A stretch of DNA of 63,613 bases, the filler included, from Octopus bimaculoides (taxonomy: Eukaryota), in NCBI RefSeq assembly GCF_001194135.2. It is 8 parts of 7 records of this genome, joined end to end, with 100 filler letters (N's around TTAATTAATTAA, not from the genome) between each part and the next. Parts side by side here need not be neighbours in the genome. Positions count along the whole stretch, not along the records: positions 14,213 to 22,926 come from NC_068981.1; positions 23,027 to 37,307 come from NC_068994.1; 6 more parts are not named here. The stretch is one strand, 5' to 3'. Shown piece after piece: positions 22,436 through 36,444 of this stretch (position 1 is the first letter of the stretch; every line of letters starts with the position of its first letter). Position numbers and translations under genes: made by a program. The notes below the pieces were generated by a model. It had not been told where the DNA came from. It did not search any database and saw only the letters and a list, made by a program, of their open reading frames with translations.

Positions 22436-24867
22436 GTAAGTCATTATAGCCATAGAACTTCTCAAATGTATATGACACATTAAGCATCCACATTTTCTAA
22501 TACAATCATGGTTTGGATACAGCCAAATGCAGCTGTTGGTGTCTTTTTACTCTAAGGATTGAAAGTATCTTATTTCACTTCTACTCTTTTACTTGTTTCA
22601 GTCATTTGACTGTGGCCATGCTGGAGCACCGCCTTTAGTCGAGCTAATTGACCCCGGGACTTATTCTTTGTAAGCCTAGTACTTATTCTATCGGTCGCTT
22701 TTGCCGAACCGCTAAGTTACGGGGACATAAACACATCAGCATCGGTTGTCAAGCGATGTTGGGGGACAAACACACACATATATATATATACATATATACG
22801 ACGGGCTTCTTTCAGTTTCCGTCTACCAAATCCACTCACAAGGCTTTGGTTGGCCCAAAGCTATAGTAGAAGACACTTGCCCAAAATGCCATGCAGTGGG
22901 ACTGAACCCAGAACCATGTGGTTGGTNNNNNNNNNNNNNNNNNNNNNNNNNNNNNNNNNNNNNNNNNNNNTTAATTAATTAANNNNNNNNNNNNNNNNNN
23001 NNNNNNNNNNNNNNNNNNNNNNNNNNTATATATATATATATATATATATTAATGCACGTTATATATGTGTGGGGTGTATATGCAAATATATAGATCATTT
23101 TCATATTTATCTGAAAGTGAGACTGAATATTTATAAGTCTTGTTTTTATTTGTATTTCTAAGAATTAATAAACCATCATCTCTGTAATAATCCCTTCTTT
23201 TACATCCGGGAATATTGTATGTAAATATAAATCATTGCAGATTAAAATGTATAATCCAATAATTTCGCAAACTTTCGCTGCGTCTTTTAAGCCTTTACTG
23301 ACATCGAGGGAAGCAATGCAATTTTTTTTAACCCATAATGCATTATAGACGCTTGACACAGACAAACACGCCCCCCACCACTACCACACACACACATGAT
23401 AATAGATGTGTGTGTGTGTGTGTGTGTAATAATCGAGCGATTCTTTTTCAAATATTTCTGTGAAAGCAAAACCGATTATTCCTAGCTCATAATCTCATCC
23501 GATGAATCGAAAGTAGATATTTTAAGTAGTAATTTTGAGGTTTAAGTTATTACAAATTATTTAACTTCATTCCATTATTAAGTAGCTTTTTTTTTCTTTC
23601 GTGCCTGTTTACATAAACGTGTCATTATTTCTCATTGCTTTCTCAACAAGTTTACAAGAACAAAGACCATCGCCAGGAAAATGAAAACTAGCGTAGAGAG
23701 CCTTTTAAAACGTTATTAAATCTTTTTTTAAAGTTTTAAACAGGAAAGAAGGCTATGCCGATAGCACTTTTTGTTGCTGTCGTTCTTGTTGTTGTATATT
23801 TGAAAAAGTCTAGGCTTAAAGTCCCAAGTACTTCTGACTGACGGGACAGAACATGTCGAAACACTGGTGTCCCATAATCATTTGCACTAATAAGCCGAGT
23901 GTGTTATGAACACACTGTCGTCATAAAAAAGAGAAGTCATTCTTCGGTGACGTACACAACCAGCGACTAACGTGTTTTCGTTTTTCAATCTGCCAAGAAG
24001 GTATTAAGAGTAAATATACAAATCATCGTTTCAAATTTCGTTGAACACAAGTGAAAATAACAGTTATATACATCTATGTGTGTGTGTGTACGTGTGCATG
24101 TATATGTATGTGTGTGTGAGTATGTGTGTGTGTACGAGTGTGTATGTAGGTATACATATATGCTTGTGTGTATGTGAGTGTATGAATGAATGTATATATA
24201 TATATGTGTGTGCTTATGTATGTATGTGTATATATATATATATATATACGCATATACGTGATAGAGAGTAAAAAAGAAATAATGGAACGGACAGAATAAA
24301 TTGAAATAATAAATAAGAGAGAAAAGCTACCGAAGCAAAACTAAAGAGATTATTGGAAGTTTTTGTCTTGAAAATTCAGATTAAAATGGATCTTTCCATT
24401 CTTCTTTCTGTAGGGTTGTTGTGCTGACGGAACAGACTTATGATGAAAGATTCCAGTCGTGATCATCCCTTGTCGTTTAAATACTGTGATCATGATACAA
24501 TAATCCAATGTTCTGAATTTTTTAAAAAAGCTGGCAGGGTGAGATTTGAGGGAGATTTAGTTGCTATTTCAGCAATTTGAGTGACAACTAGAAGCCCAAT
24601 TGCTTGTGGGAGTCTTTATAGAGGGAATGGATGTAAGCCTCAGTTGTGTAGTGTACTGGGTTGTTTCACTGTGTCAATTCACTGCAGCACTCTGTGTCAC
24701 ACAATGTTAATTCTATATATGTGTGTATACAAAAATATAAATATATACGAACATGGATCCTCCGTCGGCTCTGACGAGGAAGATACAAGTTTTACAATCC
24801 ATTCGACTTTGATGTAATATTGCAATTATTAGACACAGCATATCTACAGATATCCACCTCCTTATTC

Positions 24868-24955
<88 letters not shown>

Positions 24956-25029
24956 CTCCCTCTACCAGGCCCTCTCTCTTTTCTTTTTCTTCCCACTTAT
25001 AAATCTGTCTAATCCGTTCTCCTAACTCC

Positions 25030-25560
25030 TCCAATCTGAGATTATTACTGCTGTTGTTTCTTGTTTAAACAACGACTTATCATTGAGTCAAAGTGTCAGT
25101 GGCTGAGTATTCCACGGATACGTCGAACCTCTTGTCTGTTATTAATGACAATGGATGATTGATCCTGGTTGTCCGCCTCATACAAACTGTGTTGTCTGTG
25201 ACTGACCAGTCCGATTCCGATTCTATCCCTTCAACATAGGATGTCCGATAGGACCTGCGCCTGGGCAATATGGTATGGAGGACAGGTCAATGCTCGCACA
25301 GTGTGTCCTCCTCACTCTCCACATCACCGATCAATCCAAAGGAACAGCACAGTCGTTACAGCGTTGTCGTAGCTGTTGTCAGAACGAGGTTGCACAGGAA
25401 GTCGAACTATCTCAAGGGCTCCGACTCCAGATTCTCCCTCAGGTTTATTCCTGAAGCCTTCCCATGGCTGGGTATGACCGCAAAGCAGCGAAGATTTGGG
25501 ACCGGGGTTTTTCTTCCCCTCTGTGAGTTTCCCTCCTCACGTAACTCGCGCTATTGGCAC
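25030..25560 (-). mobile_element. Probable 5' UTR region of a non-LTR (RTE-like) retrotransposon
   Basis: GC-richer, non-simple block (GGGGAAGAAAAACCCCGGTCCCAAATC...GGGAAGGCTTCAGG on the minus strand) that resembles RTE 5' regions. No reliable coding motif. Confidence 0.3.
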
Positions 25561-26518
25561 GCTGTACCCTGCCTCAATGCGTATAGTGTGCCGCAGTGTT
25601 TCCACACTGCACATTGCCGCAGCGTAACGCAGTGTTAACACCACGTTACACTGGCCCGTTACTGTGTAAAGGATCGGTAGAGTTACGATGTAACAGAGCA
25701 ATGGTGGAAAATAGGACAGCTCTAGCAACATCATCTACAACAATAATAAGAACATCAAAAAATATACAACAACAGCAACAACGACAGCAACAAAACTAAG
25801 AGTTGCTTGAAAACGAAAGTGAAAGTGTTCCAGAAAATGTCTATGATTGGGCACTGCTCCAGCTTGACCTTAACTAGTTTGGTTTATATGGTGAAGAGAA
25901 CTAAAGAACTAATCATACACGCACACACCATAATACATACATACATACATACATACATACATACATACATAATACGTATGTATGTAACTATACATATGTA
26001 CCACATGTATATGTGTGTGTATATGTATATTGTGTGTGTGTGTATACGTGTGTGCGCGAGAGAGTGCATATGTATGTAAATATATACACAGATTCTCACA
26101 ATATACACATATACACCCAATATACATACACACATACACACACATATACACTCATATATATATTCACACACATAAAGAAATTATAATATATACATATACA
26201 CAACTACATACACGTATACCTACCTACCGACCTAACTACATACATACACACATACACACAGTATATGCACGTTTTAACATGTACATACATATGTACGCAC
26301 ACATACAGTAGACAATGAAGACACAATACAGACATATTTCAGTATTTCTTTGATCAGCGATAAAATTGTTAAAAAGAGGAAAAGATGTCATCCATATTGG
26401 AATGGCGACAAATGAAAATTTATACTTTCGCTCATCAGACACTGTTTTTGGACTGCGATTGGTTTTATTAGTATCTGTCTGTCTGTCTGTCTGTCTATCC
26501 GTCTGTACCTATCCGTCT

Positions 26519-26565
<47 letters not shown>

Positions 26566-27002
26566 TTCTCTCTATCGTTATTTTTCTCCCTCTCGACCTT
26601 GGTCTCGCTATGTCTCCGTCCATTAGGTGACGACTGCCAAATATGGAATTACAAGAGTTTAGAAAAAAGATACAACTGTTATGAAGTTAACATCTAAAGC
26701 CAAGTTCTTCTCTGTCGTTGTATGCGTATAAAACAGATATATACACGCTTTCACATATACATACATATACACACACACACACATAAAAGTACATGCGAGG
26801 AAGACACACACATAGCATACACACATACACACACGCGTACAGAATTGCATATATATATATATATATATATAAGGTTAAGGAGGGTATTGGATTTAACCAA
26901 ACCCAAAGATACAGGTAATACCGAGTAAGTGGTGTATACCAACACTTCCAATCAGTTAAGATCAAAAGTCATAAGAACCACTGCTTGGCACTGTATCAGG
27001 GC

Positions 27003-27408
27003 ATTATTATTATTATTATTATCATTATTATTATTATTATTATTATTATTCAGTAGTTTTATTTTTATAACATACTTTCACTTCACTACCGAGCGCAGCT
27101 CTGTGCGCCTTGGGTATGTGCTGTGGTTTGCTGTGGTGCTCTTATGTTTACTGTATTGAAAGTGTTTTGCGTAGAATGTGTGCAGTACCCAGTAGTGCAA
27201 TTTTCTGTATGTTATATATATTTGTAAGTCCTGGTGTTTTTGTTATGTATTTGTCTGAATATTTTTTTTATTATACCTAAGGCACCTACTATGATAGGAA
27301 TTGTTTCTGTTTTTAGATTCCATATTCGAGTTACCTCTATTTCCAGGTCTTTGTATTTTGAAAGTTTTTCCATTTCTTTTAGGGAAACGTTATCATCTGC
27401 TGGTATTT
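27003..27408 (-). mobile_element. R4/Dong-like LINE 3' end with (TAA)n tail, copy 1
   Basis: Minus strand reads IPADDNVSLKEMEKLSKYKDLEIEVTRIWNLKTETIPIIVGALG (1-nt frameshift in an A run) ...IQKIALLGTAHILRKTLSIQ*, with the stop at 27148-27150, then a 3' UTR and a TAA array. Confidence 0.8.
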
Positions 27409-28171
27409 NNNNNNNNNNNNNNNNNNNNNNNNNNNNNNNNNNNNNNNNNNNNNNNNNNNNNNNNNNNNNNNNNNNNNNNNNNNNNNNNNNNNNNNNNNNN
27501 NNNNNNNNNNNNNNNNNNNNNNNNNNNNNNNNNNNNNNNNNNNNNNNNNNNNNNNNNNNNNNNNNNNNNNNNNNNNNNNNNNNNNNNNNNNNNNNNNNNN
27601 NNNNNNNNNNNNNNNNNNNNNNNNNNNNNNNNNNNNNNNNNNNNNNNNNNNNNNNNNNNNNNNNNNNNNNNNNNNNNNNNNNNNNNNNNNNNNNNNNNNN
27701 NNNNNNNNNNNNNNNNNNNNNNNNNNNNNNNNNNNNNNNNNNNNNNNNNNNNNNNNNNNNNNNNNNNNNNNNNNNNNNNNNNNNNNNNNNNNNNNNNNNN
27801 NNNNNNNNNNNNNNNNNNNNNNNNNNNNNNNNNNNNNNNNNNNNNNNNNNNNNNNNNNNNNNNNNNNNNNNNNNNNNNNNNNNNNNNNNNNNNNNNNNNN
27901 NNNNNNNNNNNNNNNNNNNNNNNNNNNNNNNNNNNNNNNNNNNNNNNNNNNNNNNNNNNNNNNNNNNNNNNNNNNNNNNNNNNNNNNNNNNNNNNNNNNN
28001 NNNNNNNNNNNNNNNNNNNNNNNNNNNNNNNNNNNNNNNNNNNNNNNNNNNNNNNNNNNNNNNNNNNNNNNNNNNNNNNNNNNNNNNNNNNNNNNNNNNN
28101 NNNNNNNNNNNNNNNNNNNNNNNNNNNNNNNNNNNNNNNNNNNNNNNNNNNNNNNNNNNNNNNNNNNNNNN

Positions 28172-28586
28172 TATCAGGGCATTATTATTATTATTATTAT
28201 CATTATTATTATTATTATTATTATTATTCAGTAGTTTTATTTTTATAACATACTTTCACTTCACTACCGAGCGCAGCTCTGTGCGCCTTGGGTATGTGCT
28301 GTGGTTTGCTGTGGTGCTCTTATGTTTACTGTATTGAAAGTGTTTTGCGTAGAATGTGTGCAGTACCCAGTAGTGCAATTTTCTGTATGTTATATATATT
28401 TGTAAGTCCTGGTGTTTTCGTTATGTATTTGTCTGAATATTTTTTTTATTATATCTAAGGCGCCTACTATGATAGGAATTGTTTCTGTTTTTAGATTCCA
28501 TATTCGAGTTACCTCTATTTCCAGGTCTTTGTATTTTGAAAGTTTTTCCATTTCTTTTAGGGAAACGTTATCATCTGCTGGTATTT
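28172..28586 (-). mobile_element. R4/Dong-like LINE 3' end, copy 2 (near-identical to 26994-27408)
   Basis: Same 415-nt sequence on the other side of an N-gap, with three visible substitutions. Confidence 0.78.
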
Positions 28587-29918
28587 GAACTCAGAACGTA
28601 AAGACGACGAACGAAATGCTGCTATGCATTTTGCCCGGCGTGCTAACGATTTTGTCAGCTCGCCGCCTTAAACAGAATATATATTAAGCAATAACAGACA
28701 TTGGCACTCCTTATATAAACGGTTCTAAGACATGACCCTTCGGCAACGCATGAAAATAGAACCTTAATACGCAACGAAAGTGTTTATTCAACATAATAAA
28801 TTGGCCGATGTCGCATTGCAGACACCAGGTTACATTCATTTCAAGAAAGGGATTCGAATGACTTCGCGAGTAAATACCTGATCGATAACTTCATGGTAAA
28901 GAAGGTAGTGGCAATGCTAAATTCAACAGAACAATTTCGATCAAACCAAATAAAATAAAACAAACAACAATTAAACATAGAAAAGGAATAAAAATTGATA
29001 TCAATTTAGAGGTATTGAGTACAAATGACATGGCACCGGACATCCATGCCACACCATCAACATTAATCCAGATAAGATTTTGGTGTCAAAGGTTATGCAC
29101 AATAAATTGCTTGCTCTTCTACAATGCAGAAAATATTTTAACAATTTTTTTTAATACAATTCCTGATATAATGGGAGTTTTTAAACATCGGATGGTAATG
29201 AGGGTCTAGTAGAGTAAAAAAAAAAAGGAATCAAAGGAGTCCATAGGCAAAAAAAAAAGAAGAAAGGGTTGAGAATCACTTCTTTAAACAGACATTCGCC
29301 AGGTCCAAGATTACAAGTCGAAAACATAAAATTTGGTATTGATATGGAGAGGTGAGGCTGTAGTCTAAATTCCAGCAGAAAGACTGAAAAATACTTCAGC
29401 TTAAAATATGCCAAAAGATATTTAATTACACAATGCAAGGAAACACGATATGTTTGCAAAGACAGCATCAATATTATAGACAAGCGATGCAATAGGATAG
29501 CCATGTGTCGTGTAATTAAAGTGTATTTATCTCCAGTATGGAGAATAGATAATTTAATATAGTTGTTTCGTCAACACGATGTAATACGGTTGTGGATGCT
29601 TCTGGAAGATTTACAGAACGATTCAAAGAAGCACAATAATTGGTTAGATCATGAGATAACTTTAACTACACATCTGTTTCCTTAAGCTTCACGTCAATTA
29701 TCCGTGAGGAGAGAAATGTGATAGGGTTAATTTTTTTTCCTTGATTCGGTCGTAAATTTCAAAACATGAATATGCGCGCGCATACAAACACAGGCACACA
29801 GACACGTAGAGGCGTACAAACACAATCAAATATACCCGGGTAGATAAGTATGCACGTGATTGTGTATATTTTATATATACATATATATATGTACATACAT
29901 TTATGTATACGCACACTC

Positions 29919-29957
<39 letters not shown>

Positions 29958-29983
29958 CATTCATACACACACGCACATATATT

Positions 29984-30072
<89 letters not shown>

Positions 30073-30500
30073 ATATACATATATATATAGCTGCGTACGT
30101 AAATATGCCAGTTCATATAAATATATACACAGAATCATATGATTAATGGCCTTTAAGAGCATTATACATCATACATATTAAAATGTCGACAAGATAAAGC
30201 CTGGAAATAAATGCGAAATAAAGTTGGGCGCCATCTTTGCAACATTAACGTTAAGAGGGTGGAGCCTCTATTGCTATTAATGTTTCTTACTGTGGAATAT
30301 TTTAATATTGCCATGCCTTCCATCTTGAAATACTCGACCGAATTAAAGTCAAAATATCGCATAAAAATATCTCATGAAAATATCACATGAAAATATACAT
30401 TAGTAGGAAAGTTCTTACCGAAAAGTTGAAATTCCAGGTAGCACCTACATTTATCGTTCTATCTCCGTACTTATTACTATCTCTGTCTTCTTCGGCCTAC

Positions 30501-30562
<62 letters not shown>

Positions 30563-30584
30563 TATGCATACACACACACACATA

Positions 30585-30801
30585 CAAGGGATTGCTGAAA
30601 AGTTCCTGCCTTTAAGAGTACAGCGAAAGACTTGCTTGCAGGCCTAAGCTTCCACGTTCTTTTACAGAGCTTAGAAAAACTGAAGGACTGCTGCAATAGG
30701 TGTGTGAATCTGAGATGGGAATATGTTGAATAGAATCATAATTAACTGATCCTCCTGTATATTCTTCTACCCAAAGCCAGGAACTTTTCAGGACTTCCTC
30801 G
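30585..30801 (+). mobile_element. mariner-derived MITE/deletion derivative
   Basis: Imperfect ~30-bp TIRs (CTGAAAAGTTCCTG core) with TA flanks. The interior carries a C-terminal remnant LEKLKDCCNRCVNLRWEYVE*. Confidence 0.78.
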
Positions 30802-31033
30802 TATAGTTCAACATTGTACAAATAAAACAAAAGACAAAAGACAGAGACAGATGAGGGAACAAAAAACGAGGTGTATTAGTTTTACGGTCGGGAAAAATGG
30901 AAGAAGTCTTTGACGTTTCGAGCCTACGCCCTTCTACAGAATCTATCTATCTATCTTGTCTATCTGTCTATCTCTCTATCTATCGGTCTGTCTGTCTGCC
31001 TGTTTGTCTGATTCACCTTCTTTCTCTCTCTCA

Positions 31034-31069
<36 letters not shown>

Positions 31070-31087
31070 ATCTCTCTCTCTCTCTCG

Positions 31088-31142
<55 letters not shown>

Positions 31143-31383
31143 CATGATTAAAGTGAGAGAGAGAGAGAGAGTCACCTATCTACCTGCCTGTTTATCAATT
31201 GATCCGTCTGTTAGTTTTGCAGACGATCGGGTAATGAAGTTAGCAGTCGAAAGCTACAAGAATATTCGCTATGTGTATTAAGTGCAGCGAATACATTTAT
31301 TTTTGAAACGTTCATGATTCCAGGTTGGTTGGGTGTAAATAACAGTTAAGAAGCAACACTAAAATAAATGTTTCCTTTATCAC

Positions 31384-31422
<39 letters not shown>

Positions 31423-32315
31423 ACGTAATCTCTTCTTGTATAACTACATTTTTAAAGTTGAACATAAATCGTCATTCTGAATCTCGAACAACGCTTGATA
31501 AACATCAAACTTGGATTGAAAATCGAAAAGGGTTTCNNNNNNNNNNNNNNNNNNNNNNNNNNNNNNNNNNNNNNNNNNNNNNNNNNNNNNNNNNNNNNNN
31601 NNNNNNNNNNNNNNNNNNNNNNNNNNNNNNNNNNNNNNNNNNNNNNNNNNNNNNNNNNNNNNNNNNNNNNNNNNNNNNNNNNNNNNNNNNNNNNNNNNNN
31701 NNNNNNNNNNNNNNNNNNNNNNNNNNNNNNNNNNNNNNNNNNNNNNNNNNNNNNNNNNNNNNNNNNNNNNNNNNNNNNNNNNNNNNNNNNNNNNNNNNNN
31801 NNNNNNNNNNNNNNNNNNNNNNNNNNNNNNNNNNNNNNNNNNNNNNNNNNNNNNNNNNNNNNNNNNNNNNNNNNNNNNNNNNNNNNNNNNNNNNNNNNNN
31901 NNNNNNNNNNNNNNNNNNNNNNNNNNNNNNNNNNNNNNNNNNNNNNNNNNNNNNNNNNNNNNNNNNNNNNNNNNNNNNNNNNNNNNNNNNNNNNNNNNNN
32001 NNNNNNNNNNNNNNNNNNNNNNNNNNNNNNNNNNNNNNNNNNNNNNNNNNNNNNNNNNNNNNNNNNNNNNNNNNNNNNNNNNNNNNNNNNNNNNNNNNNN
32101 NNNNNNNNNNNNNNNNNNNNNNNNNNNNNNNNNNNNNNNNNNNNNNNNNNNNNNNNNNNNNNNNNNNNNNNNNNNNNNNNNNNNNNNNNNNNNNNNNNNN
32201 NNNNNNNNNNNNNNNNNNNNNNNNNNNNNNNNNNNNNNNNNNNNNNNNNNNNNNNNNNNNNNNNNNNNNNNNNNNNNNNNNNNNNNNNNNNNNNNNNNNN
32301 NNNNNNNNNNNNNNN

Positions 32316-32354
<39 letters not shown>

Positions 32355-32802
32355 GTACATAATTACGTATTGTTCTATAATTACATTTATATAATTGTGC
32401 GTATGTATGTGCCATTGGGTGTGTGAGTGTGTGAGCGTTATTGAGTCGTTACTGCAAGACTGGCGTAACACAATATATGATATCTTCTTCTGTCGCAGGT
32501 CGTTATGTCTCGTGTAAAGTTCTCCAGTTACCATTCCTGCTCTTCAAACAGGATCTTCTTTCATTGACTCTCTATGTATGTTTGTATGCGTGTACGTATG
32601 TATGTATGTGTATGCATGTGTATGCATGTATGTACGTGTGCATGCATGTTTGTTTGTATGTATGTACGTATGCATGAATGTATGTATGTATGTATGTATG
32701 TACGTATGCATGAATGTATATATGAAACCCGACTATACAGCACGCAGAAGTGTAACGGTTTGCACTCATTGTTCTCTTTTCCCATCACTTGTATACATCT
32801 AT

Positions 32803-32883
<81 letters not shown>

Positions 32884-33635
32884 ACTGCACCCACACAATC
32901 AAACTTAGTAACCCTGTAACCCTCACACTCAGACGAAGGCATAGACATATACAACTTTATCGACATATATGCCACCCACACGTCACCTGTAAATTTCCCA
33001 TCATGCATTGCTGATGCAACAATTCCGCCATTTTTGTAAGTTTAGAACAAAAGAGCATAATTGCATTTCCACCAAATTTTAAATAAATTTCTTCCACATA
33101 TTGTTTATTTTCCTAGATTATATTTAGTGTTTTCTTGCTCATTTCGGTTTGTTGTTTTTTCCTTTTACGTTTGTTTACATTCGTCAGTAAAATTTAAAAG
33201 AATCAGAATGAGTGATGAATCATGTGCGTGAGTTAAGATCAGATTGTGCTAGCAACGCTGAATGTAGAAAAGACATATCAGAAAAGAAAAAGAAAGAGTA
33301 TAGAGGAAAAACGAGAGACACAGACAGATTGATAGGTATACAGGCAGGCACACAGATAAACAAAGAGTTGAATATAAAATTTAAATGGATAGACATATGA
33401 ATAGTGAGAGTAAAAGATGGAAAGAAAAGGCGATTAGAAAATCGAGAGTTAAATATATAAATGAAACAGACAGAATAATAGACGGATAGATTGACAAATA
33501 GATGAATAAATGAAAAAAATATTGGTAATTAAAGAGTTAAATAGATAGATAATAGGGAGAAAGAGAGAGAAGGTGAGAGATAAATTGATCGATTACTATT
33601 ATAGATTGATAAAGCAATTGGTAGGTATATACGTA

Positions 33636-33669
<34 letters not shown>

Positions 33670-34386
33670 TATATATATATATTAACACTTATGTAATGTA
33701 CACTCGAAAGAGAAAGAAGGGAGAGGGGGAGAGAGAAACAGAAAATGAAGAAGAAAGAGAGGAAGTGAGAAATAGAATAAGAGTGATAAAATAAAAGCAG
33801 AGCAAGAGAAGGAAAGACAAAATGAGAGAATAAAGAGACGAGAAGCGGATTGAAATCAGAAATAAAATGGAACAACATTGAATGTGATTTGAGATTAGCA
33901 GACGATATTTGAATGGCGGAGACTTGAATTTGAAATGTGAAACTGTCGGTACACATTGCTGTTTAATAGCAGGTTTTACAGAGAGAAGAATGTATCTTTA
34001 TACCAAAATAAAACACAAATGAGGTTACATTTCCTGCGTTTCAACATATTTACAAAAATGTTATGAATGAAAATAAGGAGAATTTTTCTCTAAATATGTG
34101 ATTAGTATTAAACTGTATATTGTACCGCTAACAATTGTTATGTAGTTAGTACTTGACTGTTTTGTACTACTAACTGTTATACCTTCGTATCTGGTCAGTA
34201 TTACGCTGCAAATTATACTACTAAATCTTATATAGTTAGTATCTGACTATTTTGTAGAACTATTATATCTACATTTGTAGTTAGTATTTCTCTATATTTT
34301 GTACTAATCATCATTTTATGTCATCAGTGTTTCACTGTAGTCTGAACTCTTAGTTGTTGTATCCATCAATATCCGAAAGAAGTTAT

Positions 34387-34851
34387 ATTCCCCACCAGGT
34401 AAAGAAATCGAAATATCCGGACTTAGTCGACAAGGGCTGGAATGTGGCCTCATTCCTCATTGAAGTCGGCTGCCGTGGCTTTCCATCTTGATGAGTGCGT
34501 TATTTCAAGCAGAAGATAGGTCTGGAGCCCGGACAACTGAAGAAAGCCACCAAGGAAGTAGGCACAGCTGCTGAAACTAGCTCAAGATGGCTATGGTTGA
34601 TAAGAGACCCCAAATGGAACCCTTCCGAAGGTGAAGACGAGCTCAGTCCTGGCTGGCCCCCACTCAAGTGAAGTGTACAAACTATGGAAGATAACACTTA
34701 TGACCCTGAGACATCTGCTGACGATACGGAAGAGTCTCCAACAGTGAAATGGATTTGGAAGAGCTTGCAAGATCTCTGAGTAGCTCGTGCCGTTTCTGAG
34801 TGGGGCAAAGCATCTCTGGTATCTGTTTCGTCTCACCTACCAACCCATGTG
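34387..34851 (+). mobile_element. 5'-truncated HERO-like (restriction-like endonuclease) non-LTR retrotransposon 3' end
   Basis: 34393-34671 reads KKSKYPDLVDKGWNVASFLIEVGCRGFPS**...KATKEVGTAAETSSRWLWLIR. The EVGCRGF and A.E..SRWLW motifs are characteristic of the HERO C-terminus as I recall it. Confidence 0.75.
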
Positions 34852-36332
34852 ATCAGTATTTCACTGCAGTTCGAACTTTTAGCTGTTATATCCTCCAATA
34901 TCCGAAAGAAGTTATGAAACTATAAATATCTATCCGCGTGTATAAACGCCTTTTTATTGCATTTCGTTTTCCGTATAAGTTCTGGCTCGCCCAGCAATAA
35001 GATATATTGTACATAACGAAGCCATATTTAATATCCAAATATATTATTGAAATATGGACATTTAAAAAAATAAGCATATTTCCATTTTGTTTATTTGAGT
35101 TTGCAAAAACAAAGATAAATTCTTTGGAACTTTTGTTTCTGTGGTTGGTGAGTTAGAAGAGTTTTGTGTCACAAGTAATGAATCTAGCAAACAAACTGAA
35201 TAAAAATGGTGGCATCTAATTTCATGGTAGTTGGTTGTTGTACCCTGTGGAACGACGTCACTTGGAATAGAAATTATGACATATAAATTTAGAAAACATA
35301 ATAAACGGAATATAGCCAGTAAGATGAACGGACGCCAATATATTTTACGTTTTATATTGCTTGTAGCTATTTTTTTTCAGGGGAAGTAGTGGTGTTCATG
35401 AGTCACACAGATCCTCTAAGACTATGAAGGTCATTAGTGTTGATATTCAGCTGTAACATCTGTAAGCTGATACCGGTAAGAAGAAATTCCAGGGGTTTCA
35501 CATTCAGGGGAAGCATGATTGGTTTTAGTGTTTGTGTGGGAGGAGACACAGAATGGGAGACGAAAGAAAGAGGAGGATTTTCGTGGAAGATGAGATTTTA
35601 AGGAGGTGATGTGTGTGTGTGTGTGTGTGAAGTTAAGCAAAGTTTGTGGTTATGGTGACCGATTAAGGGATAAAATATTCGTATTTCCTATCGGTATCAG
35701 TTAGCTGTGCTATCCCTGGGGCATGGGTATGCTGGCACACTATGCTCGAAGGGTACAGGTAACAACAAAATAAACAAAAGTTTATCAGGAGTCAAATTTA
35801 AATTATCAGAAAATGGAGAAAACTTTAGATCAACAACCAAACAAATTGGACCACTTCTGTAGATGGGTTTTTAATACAAAACATAACATTTCTGTGACAT
35901 ATATAAATATATTACATTGTTGGGTAACGATCCGGGGTAGGAGTACTGGATTCGAACGTAGAATACTGCAATTTATGTAAGGCGAGTCAGTGCTGGCCTG
36001 TTACTCTGTAGTTTCTGCGCCATTCTGCTACTTCTTTAGGTAAGTCGTGCTGGTCTAATCCAATTTGTTTGAAGAGTGGCGTATATATATTTATACGGGT
36101 GTGTGGAAAAATGAAAGAAAGTGGCGCATGTACATTTTGGTAGAAGTTATATAAATATATATATTTTTTTAAATAAGAGTTTATATTAGTTGAATGTTAC
36201 TTAAAGTTTCGTGGCCGTGTGGGGTTGATGCACCTCGTCAGATGTCGGGAGAAGAGAGTGAGTCCATCTTATGCACCCACGAAATTTAAGTCATATGAAG
36301 CTGACTCAAAGTGTTACGAAAAATATATATAT

Positions 36333-36369
<37 letters not shown>

Positions 36370-36399
36370 CACAAACTTTTCTATATATANNNNNNNNNN

Positions 36400-36439
<40 letters not shown>

Positions 36440-36444
<5 letters not shown>

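Noticed and set aside
23834-23876. Hammerhead-like CTGACGG-GACA..TGTC-GAAAC-ACTGGT-GTC
   Set aside because: A9 is missing and there is no stem I pairing. At most a relic.
24414-24443. Possible next FKBP15 exon (good polypyrimidine-AG followed by GGT)
   Set aside because: Reads GCCADGTDL*, not GW.., and the sequence resembles a degraded repeat.
26421-26440. Minus-strand CTGATGA-GC-GAAA
   Set aside because: No stem II loop, stem III or stem I; could be chance.
26872-26990. LRRVLDL on the + strand, resembling an R4-type ORF end facing the TAA array
   Set aside because: Only 7 residues next to a microsatellite; not supportable.
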